DNA from: Candidatus Latescibacterota bacterium | GTDB taxonomy: Bacteria > Latescibacterota > UBA2968 | Direction: 5' to 3' | Assembly: GCA_965116885.1 (NCBI GenBank) | Contig: OZ220741.1 | Span: forward strand, 5,056,001 to 5,120,000 | DNA: 64,000 nucleotides | In this document: piece by piece, positions 57,643 to 64,000 of the stretch | Layout of the letters: every line of letters starts with the position of its first letter | How positions within the stretch are numbered: position 1 is the first letter of the stretch | Program-made: the position numbers and the translations under genes | Notes under the pieces: generated by a model | The model's database searches: none | Told to the model about the DNA's origin: nothing | Seen by the model: only the letters and a program-made list of their open reading frames with translations

Positions 57643-59085
57643 ATGAGCATGTGTGACACGGAGAAATCCGTTGACGAGATGGACGCCCGGGAACGGGCAC
57701 GCTATATCGACGATCTGACGCCCAGAGGTGGTTTATATACCGAAGTACAGCGCGAGGTGCATCCGCAATCGAACAGTTCGTGGCGCGTATCGCCCGACCC
57801 GTGGTGGCTACCTCCCCCGGTTCTATCACACCTCGAGGCATTGGGACAGCATCTCTATCAGTTTTACAAAGCACTGAATCTATTGTATTCGCAAAGTATA
57901 AGGGGTATTCAGCCCACATGGGTCTCGCGGTATCTGGATCTGGGCAAATCGGAAGAAGTGATCAAATTTGGGCAAATGAGCCGATTCAAAAGCCATGTAC
58001 CCCTCGTGATTCGGCCCGATGTGATACCCACGCGATCGGGAATGATTGCGACGGAATTGGATTCGGTGCCTGGTGGAATTGGATTTACGGCAAGCCTGGC
58101 AGAGCGATATGCCAAACTCGGCGATCAAATTGTGGGCGGCGCAAATGGGATGGTCACTGGATTTGCACAGATGGTCCGTGACGTTGCCGGCACAGATGCG
58201 CCTGTGTTGGGCGTGGTGGTCTCGGAAGAAGCATCGGCTTATCGGCCTGAAATGTCGTACCTGGGCGACCGATTAAATGCCGCCGGTCTGGAAACTTATG
58301 TCATTGGACCCGAAGAACTATCTTTTGTCGAAGATGGGCTATTTATCGATGGGGCAAATGGTCGCCGACGCATAGACGTGATATACAGATTTTTTGAGTT
58401 ATTCGATTTGAGGAACCTGCCCCAAATAGATTTGATTTTATACGCAGTACGCAAAGGGCTCGTCAAGATCACACCCCCCTTAAAAGCATATCACGAAGAA
58501 AAGATGATGATGGCCCTATTCCACCATCCCTTGCTATCGAATTTCTGGCATCAACACCTGGGCAAAAAATCCGTGGCCTTTTTGCGGCAAACCTTTCCCA
58601 AAACGTGGATCTTAGACCCTGCACCTTTGCCTCCCCATGGCGTTATTGCCAGCTTGGAAATCGCCGGTCAATCCTTTTCCGATTGGCGTGTACTGGGGCA
58701 CCTGGGGCAAAAACACCGACAACTGGTCATCAAACCCTCGGGATATTCTGAAATGGCCTGGGGCAGTCGCGGTGTAACCATTGGACACGACATGGCCGAG
58801 CGAGATTGGCAAGGCGTGATCGACGAGGCATTACGCGCCTTTGAGCAAACGCCCCATATCATGCAGGAATTTCACAATGGCGCGACTTTTTCTGTATCGT
58901 ATTACAATTACGAAACCGATCAAATCGAAACATTCAGAGGACGGGTGCGATTACAACCCTATTATTTTGTCATTAAAGACAAAGCAGTGCTCTCGGGCTT
59001 ACAGGCGACAGTCTGTCCAGCAGACAAAAAAATATTGCACGGAATGGTGGATGCAGTGGTGATACCTGGCGCGGTTAAGAAGTGA
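57643..59085 (+). CDS. Circularly permuted ATP-grasp / glutathionylspermidine synthase-like protein
   Basis: IRPD, TELDSVPGG, IDVIYRFFELFD, EEK, VIKPSG...WGSRGV, IMQEF. Confidence 0.7.
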   Translation: MSMCDTEKSVDEMDARERARYIDDLTPRGGLYTEVQREVHPQSNSSWRVSPDPWWLPPPVLSHLEALGQHLYQFYKALNLLYSQSIRGIQPTWVSRYLDLGKSEEVIKFGQMSRFKSHVPLVIRPDVIPTRSGMIATELDSVPGGIGFTASLAERYAKLGDQIVGGANGMVTGFAQMVRDVAGTDAPVLGVVVSEEASAYRPEMSYLGDRLNAAGLETYVIGPEELSFVEDGLFIDGANGRRRIDVIYRFFELFDLRNLPQIDLILYAVRKGLVKITPPLKAYHEEKMMMALFHHPLLSNFWHQHLGKKSVAFLRQTFPKTWILDPAPLPPHGVIASLEIAGQSFSDWRVLGHLGQKHRQLVIKPSGYSEMAWGSRGVTIGHDMAERDWQGVIDEALRAFEQTPHIMQEFHNGATFSVSYYNYETDQIETFRGRVRLQPYYFVIKDKAVLSGLQATVCPADKKILHGMVDAVVIPGAVKK

Positions 59086-59100
59086 GCGAGGACGGAAAAC

Positions 59101-59931
59101 ATGACACTTGATGAGAAACTCACACGGCTGAATGATTTGCTCAAAGACATGGGCAGTGTGGTTGTGGCATTTTCGGGCGGGGTTGACAGCGCGTTTTTGG
59201 CAGCAGCAGCACATCGGGTCCTGGGCGACCACGCGCTGGCTGTTACCGCAATCTCTGCGAGCTATGCGTCTGGTGAACGCGAAAAGGCTCAAGCACTGGC
59301 CGAGCTAATTGGCATTCGACTCGACATTGTCTATACCCGAGAGATGGAAAACCCCGACTACGTAAAAAACGATCCCGATCGGTGTTTTCACTGCAAAAGC
59401 GCGCTGGCGGATAAGCTGGACGAAGTAATCGAACGCTATACAGGACAATTCGAGTATTTGCTCTACGGCGCAATAGCCGACGATGTTGGCGACTATCGCC
59501 CGGGCATGGCTGCCGCCGAATCCCGGGGTATTCGCGCACCAATGGTCGAATTGGGATTCACCAAAGACGACGTCAGAACATTGTCAAAGCGATGGCACCT
59601 GCCCACCTGGGACATGCCCGCATCGGCGTGTTTGTCTTCTCGAATACCCTATGGCACAGCCGTCACAGAGGAAGCATTACATAAAATTGATCGCGCCGAA
59701 CAATTTTTGAAAGCGCGTGGATTTGTGCAAGTGCGCGTTCGGCATCACGAAGACATTGCCCGAATTGAAGTTCCACCTGAAGATCTGGCGCGGTTTTTTC
59801 AGGATGGTACAAACGAAGCTGTGGCTCAGGCACTCAAAAATATCGGGTATCGCTATGTCACTTTGGATCTTCAGGGGTATCGCACGGGCAGCTTGAATGA
59901 AGTGTTAATGAAAATAGAGACTAAGGACTAA
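59101..59931 (+). CDS. larE: ATP-dependent sulfur transferase LarE
   Basis: AFSGGVDS PP-loop, DRCFHCK, DYRPG, SACLSSRIPYG, VRVRHH, GYRTGS. Confidence 0.92.
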   Translation: MTLDEKLTRLNDLLKDMGSVVVAFSGGVDSAFLAAAAHRVLGDHALAVTAISASYASGEREKAQALAELIGIRLDIVYTREMENPDYVKNDPDRCFHCKSALADKLDEVIERYTGQFEYLLYGAIADDVGDYRPGMAAAESRGIRAPMVELGFTKDDVRTLSKRWHLPTWDMPASACLSSRIPYGTAVTEEALHKIDRAEQFLKARGFVQVRVRHHEDIARIEVPPEDLARFFQDGTNEAVAQALKNIGYRYVTLDLQGYRTGSLNEVLMKIETKD

Positions 59932-59941
59932 ACTGATAAAT

Positions 59942-60478
59942 ATGGCCTTACTCGAAATAAAAAAATTCGGTTGTCCAATATTGCGAAAAAAAGCAACTCC
60001 CGTTCAAGATATAACCGATGAAGTGCGGCAACTTGTCGAGGACATGTTCGAAACAATGTATGAGGCCGAAGGGGTTGGCCTGGCAGCGCAACAGGTGGGC
60101 TTTACAGGACGACTTCTGGTAATGGATGTGCGCCCGCGCGACCCCATGTCGGAACCTCTGGCATTTATCAATCCGGAAATTTTATGGGCAGAGGGTGAAT
60201 GTGTTGGCGAAGAAGGTTGTTTGAGCCTCCCGGAAATTGTCGGAGATGTCAAACGCCCGGCACGGGTGCGTGTACGCGCACTCAATGAGAATGGAAGTGT
60301 GCTTGAGATGACAATGGATGGCATTGCCGCCAAAGCACTTCAACACGAAATTGATCACCTAAATGGCGTGCTCATCCTCGAACATTTTAATGCGATCAAG
60401 CGCAATTTGTTGCGCGGTCAATTGCGCAAACTACAGCGCGAAGGCAAAAAACAGGCACCGGAGTTGGCGTACGTATAG
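59942..60478 (+). CDS. def: Peptide deformylase
   Basis: GVGLAAQQVG, EGCLS, QHEIDHLNG. Confidence 0.97.
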   Translation: MALLEIKKFGCPILRKKATPVQDITDEVRQLVEDMFETMYEAEGVGLAAQQVGFTGRLLVMDVRPRDPMSEPLAFINPEILWAEGECVGEEGCLSLPEIVGDVKRPARVRVRALNENGSVLEMTMDGIAAKALQHEIDHLNGVLILEHFNAIKRNLLRGQLRKLQREGKKQAPELAYV

Positions 60479-60498
60479 CACTGACCACTGACTTTTCT

Positions 60499-61320
60499 AT
60501 GGCATCTTATATTGATTTGCATCTGCATTCGACGCAATCGGATGGCACATTCTCTCCAACTCAGGTTGTTCAGCGGGCAGCCGAATTGGGAGTATCGGCC
60601 ATCAGTCTGACGGATCACGATTCGGTTGCCGGCGTGCAAGAGGCTCAGAATATCGGTCGAGATATTGGCGTAGAAGTAATTCCCGGCATCGAATTGAGCG
60701 CGCAGGAAGCTGGCATAGACATTCACATCCTGGGCTATTTTATCGATCCTACAAATTCGGATTTACTGGCATATATACAGAAATTTCAAGATGCGCGGCG
60801 CAACCGCGCAGAAAAAATAGTGGCCAGGCTCAATCGCCTGGGCGTACGAATCACAATAGCGCAGGTGTTACACAAAGCGGGAGATGCTACTATCGGACGC
60901 CCCCATATAGCGGATGTACTGGTCGAAGAGGGATTTGTGTTTTCCCACGATCACGCATTCCAAAAATATCTGGGATATGGCAAACCCGCGTACCAACCCA
61001 AATATGTATTGACGCCGCGCGAAGCGGTAGAAGTCATTCACGCGGCTGGTGGATTGGCCAGTCTGGCACATCCCGTTTTATATCGCCGCGATGCTCTTAT
61101 TCCCGACCTGATCAAACAGGGGTTAGATGGCCTCGAAGTGATGCATGTCAAACACGACCACGCAGATGTGCGTCGCTATTCAGATATGGCACAACACTAT
61201 GATCTACTCACAACGGGTGGATCAGATTGCCACGGCGATGGTCGCGGTCAAGCCGTAATGGGAACTGTTCGGATTCCCTTGACATTTTTGGCTGCAATGA
61301 AGAAAAAATTGGCGCAGTAG
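60499..61320 (+). CDS. PHP-domain phosphoesterase (YciV/TrpH-like)
   Basis: DLHLHS, LTDHD, GIELS, HILGY, GRPHIA, LAHP, GGSDCHG. Confidence 0.92.
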   Translation: MASYIDLHLHSTQSDGTFSPTQVVQRAAELGVSAISLTDHDSVAGVQEAQNIGRDIGVEVIPGIELSAQEAGIDIHILGYFIDPTNSDLLAYIQKFQDARRNRAEKIVARLNRLGVRITIAQVLHKAGDATIGRPHIADVLVEEGFVFSHDHAFQKYLGYGKPAYQPKYVLTPREAVEVIHAAGGLASLAHPVLYRRDALIPDLIKQGLDGLEVMHVKHDHADVRRYSDMAQHYDLLTTGGSDCHGDGRGQAVMGTVRIPLTFLAAMKKKLAQ

Positions 61321-61333
61321 AGGCGACGCTTAT

Positions 61334-62356
61334 GTGCCTGCCCACCCCATATTTTTAGATATGAATGACATCCCGTTCCTGGACAGAAACCGGGCAGACC
61401 AGTATTTTTTAAATACCCTTGAGATACTCCAGGCCGAAAGCCGCAATCCATCGGTAGTTATGGAGGTATTTCCCAATGCCGACGGCCTCTTGTGCGGCAT
61501 CCGAGAGGTCCTGGATATTTTGCGCGAGACATTGCCTGAAAATACAGAGGTCTGGTCGCTGGATGAAGGATCGGCAATGGCGCGCAAAGAAGTGGTACTG
61601 CGCCTTCACGCAGATTACTGCGCCGTCGGAATTTTTGAAACGGCGCTACTGGGCACGCTCGCGCATGGTAGCGGCTGGGCCACTGCGGCGCGAGCCTGTG
61701 TAGAAGCTGCGGGAGAGATACCCGTGATCAGTTTTGGCGCACGGCACGTACATCCCGCCGTATCAGACCGCATGGAATACGCCGCATTAATCGGAGGATG
61801 TGTTGGCTGTGCAACACCGGCAGGTGCTGCCCTATCCGATCAAAAAGCATCGGGTACCATGCCACACGCTCTGATGTTGATTTACGGCGATACAGTAGCC
61901 GCTACCCGAGCTTTTGATACCCACATGCCCGATTCCGTGCGGCGTGTTGTGCTGGTAGATACATTTCGCGACGAAGCCGAAGAAAGCGTGCGCGTCGCGC
62001 GTGCAATGGCCGGGCGATTGTGGGGCGTACGCCTGGATACACCCTCGGAATTGGGTGGCGTCACACCCGATCTGGTCTGGCGCGTACGCAGAGCATTGGA
62101 TAGCGCGGGCTTTGACCAGGTGGGTATTTTTATAAGTGGTGGGTTAACGCCCGAGCGGATTTCAGAATTTGTGCGGTTGAAGTGTCCGATTGTCGGTTTT
62201 GGCGTGGGCAGTGCAATCAGCGGCGCATCGCCAATTGATTTTACGGCAGATATTAAACAAATTGATGGCAAACCCATCGCCAAACGCGGTCGCAAAGCGG
62301 GTATCCAGAATAACCCGAGGCTTAAAAAAAATCGTCTCTTGTGGAGTGAAAATTGA
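61334..62356 (+). CDS. Nicotinate phosphoribosyltransferase
   Basis: ADQYF, SFGARH, GTMPHAL, LVDTF, GVRLDT, SGGL, GFGVG; alternative start ATG 61361. Confidence 0.88.
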   Translation: MPAHPIFLDMNDIPFLDRNRADQYFLNTLEILQAESRNPSVVMEVFPNADGLLCGIREVLDILRETLPENTEVWSLDEGSAMARKEVVLRLHADYCAVGIFETALLGTLAHGSGWATAARACVEAAGEIPVISFGARHVHPAVSDRMEYAALIGGCVGCATPAGAALSDQKASGTMPHALMLIYGDTVAATRAFDTHMPDSVRRVVLVDTFRDEAEESVRVARAMAGRLWGVRLDTPSELGGVTPDLVWRVRRALDSAGFDQVGIFISGGLTPERISEFVRLKCPIVGFGVGSAISGASPIDFTADIKQIDGKPIAKRGRKAGIQNNPRLKKNRLLWSEN

Positions 62357-62598
62357 ATATCAAAGTACTCTTTTTTGCATCTTGTCGCGATTTGATTGGC
62401 ACTGGTGAGCGGGAAATGACACTGCCAGACAGCGCGACAGTAACGGATTTGATATCAAAGCTCGCATTGGAACAGGCGCGGTTTATAGACATGGCACCGA
62501 GTTTGATGGTGTCGATCAATCAAGCGTATGTGGAACGGGATGCGGAACTTCAAGATGGCGATGAGGTGGCATTTATCCCGCCTGTGAGTGGCGGATAG
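62353..62598 (+). CDS. moaD: Molybdopterin synthase sulfur carrier subunit
   Basis: IKVLFFA, DGDEVAFIPPVSGG C-terminal GG. Confidence 0.93.
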   Translation: MNIKVLFFASCRDLIGTGEREMTLPDSATVTDLISKLALEQARFIDMAPSLMVSINQAYVERDAELQDGDEVAFIPPVSGG

Positions 62599-62630
62599 GT
62601 GCTACCTGTTCATCTTTAGAGGAAATTATT

Positions 62631-63074
62631 ATGGCTGGTGATGTGTATAAAATCCAGGATAAAAAAATAAAACCAGATGCATTATACAATGCTGTACTGG
62701 CGGATTCGGACGGCGCAGTAACCACATTTGCGGGCGTGGTGCGAGACAATACAAAAGGGCGTGGAACCTCCTATCTCGTCTATGATGCGTATAGAGATAT
62801 GGCTGAAAAGAAAATGCGGGAAATCGGAGATGAAATAAAAGAAAAGTGGGAGGTGGATTGCGTGGGAATACTGCACCGCGTAGGACGGTTGGAAATTGGG
62901 GAAATCAGCGTCCTAATTGCGGTTTCTTCTCCACATCGCAAAGCGTCTTTGAAAGCGTGTCACTACGCGATTGATCGGTTAAAACAGACCGTGCCGATTT
63001 GGAAAAAAGAAGTGTGGACAGACGGAGGTGAAGCCTGGATCGAGGGCGACCCATCTGCTCTGGCTTCGCGTTGA
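62631..63074 (+). CDS. moaE: Molybdopterin synthase catalytic subunit
   Basis: GAVTTFAGVVR, HRVGRL, SSPHR, LKQTVPIWKKE. Confidence 0.95.
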   Translation: MAGDVYKIQDKKIKPDALYNAVLADSDGAVTTFAGVVRDNTKGRGTSYLVYDAYRDMAEKKMREIGDEIKEKWEVDCVGILHRVGRLEIGEISVLIAVSSPHRKASLKACHYAIDRLKQTVPIWKKEVWTDGGEAWIEGDPSALASR

Positions 63075-63078
63075 GAAA

Positions 63079-63144
63079 TGCGATGCTGTTCCTGACCATA
63101 TAAGCTATAGGACGTTCCCGTGCGGAGCCATCTTCCCGCTTCAT
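63079..63144 (-). pseudogene. 5' stub (~22 codons) of an RND permease
   Basis: MKREDGSARERPIAYMVRNSIA vs MNTDDNFHGERPGPIAYMAGNSVA at 40606; ATGA overlap with the adaptor stop codon. Confidence 0.7.
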
Positions 63145-64000
63145 GGATCACCTCTAACCGCAGTCTGCACCACCATGCCTTCAGTTGCAAACTGAATCCC
63201 GCCTATGACGACCGCCTGTCCGGCTTCCAGAGTGCCGGTTACGAACACCTTATCATCGGAACGCTGAAGGACGCGCACCGGGACGATGGTCAATAGTTTG
63301 TCATCGCGCACTGCCCAAATCTCGTTGCCTGGCCTGAGTGCTGACCGTCGCAAGATGAAGTACCGGTCTGGGATGATCCCCTCAATTCGTACTTTCACAA
63401 ACTTACCCACAAGAAGGGGCGGGCCAGGATCAGCATTTGCATCATCGCCATCTGCTCCAGCCCAGGTGCCGCTTGCAAAGGGGTCCGGAACGCGTACGAT
63501 AGCGTTGATGGTACGCGTCTGTTCGTCCAGAGATGCCTCCGCTCGGTCCACGTAGCCCTCCCAGGCGTAGCTCCTTTCGCCGTATTCAGCAATGACGCGA
63601 GCCTTGACCCGCCTGTCTCCGTCGCCCGCTTCCAACTCCCATAGGCCGGGGATGAGAACCGCGTTGGCGTCGGACAGGGGAACCACTACTTCGACAGCGT
63701 CGGCCGCGTAAAGTCGCCCTACGCTCTGGCCAGCTACCACGAATTGCCCCACATCTATCGACTCGATCCGCACGATTCCGCTGAAAGGCGCGCGCACCTC
63801 TGTGCGGGACAAAGCCAACTCAGCGTCAGCGAGCATGGCACTATCTCTGCCTAAAGCGGCTTGGGCAGCCTCGAGCTGAGGCTGCCGCAATACCAGAGGG
63901 CCAGCCTCCTTCAGCGACGTGCTATCCGCCTGACGGCGTTTATATTGCGCGTACTCAGCGCGTGCGATCCGGGACTCTTCCTCCTCCTGGAGAAGTACTA
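63141..64000 (-). CDS. RND periplasmic adaptor (membrane fusion protein), 5' end outside window
   Basis: RTEVRAPFSG, VGQFV, LDEQTRT, LLVGKFV, VPVRVL. Confidence 0.9.
   Translation of the reverse strand, partial: VLLQEEEESRIARAEYAQYKRRQADSTSLKEAGPLVLRQPQLEAAQAALGRDSAMLADAELALSRTEVRAPFSGIVRIESIDVGQFVVAGQSVGRLYAADAVEVVVPLSDANAVLIPGLWELEAGDGDRRVKARVIAEYGERSYAWEGYVDRAEASLDEQTRTINAIVRVPDPFASGTWAGADGDDANADPGPPLLVGKFVKVRIEGIIPDRYFILRRSALRPGNEIWAVRDDKLLTIVPVRVLQRSDDKVFVTGTLEAGQAVVIGGIQFATEGMVVQTAVRGDP

Noticed and set aside
40400..63100. A single large inversion that would rejoin adaptor with RND and moaE with dtd
   Set aside because: The 37 bp direct repeat favours ancestral lptD-dtd adjacency, and both RND 5' ends exist and are diverged, so a simple inversion is not supported.

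Overview
A 64 kb bacterial chromosomal window from a diderm organism (LptD, Omp85 barrels, lipoproteins). The WD40, cadherin, FN3 and dockerin-like EF-hand proteins and the sulfatases resemble uncultured marine or sponge-associated lineages such as Latescibacterota, Gemmatimonadota or Poribacteria; this taxonomy is inference only. 0-15 kb: accessory surface region with a duplicated AraC regulator, three lipoproteins, a WD40 protein, a giant adhesin-protease and a clostripain-like protein, plus small gene remnants. 15.5-25.7 kb: co-oriented cluster of three Omp85 barrels, two HipA/PI3K/CotH-like kinase domains, a patatin, DUF4956 and an SdiA-regulated propeller. 25.7-40.4 kb: sulfatases, MFS, DUF1015, glyA under a ZTP riboswitch, flippase, priA, rodZ, maf, dtd. 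40.4-48.1 kb, the best candidate for an undescribed system: a visibly GC-rich island bracketed by a 37 bp direct repeat, encoding an RND permease, a GPP34/GOLPH3-cytochrome P450 fusion, a sterol C24-methyltransferase and a Neverland/KshA-like Rieske oxygenase, i.e. a probable sterol-remodelling cassette. 48-64 kb: lptD, tRNA-Leu, lysA, glpD-like, transporter, hydrolase, GNAT, ATP-grasp, larE, def, PHP, NAPRTase, moaD, moaE and a partial RND adaptor followed by a 22-codon RND permease stub. All calls come from reading motifs by eye; no searches were run.
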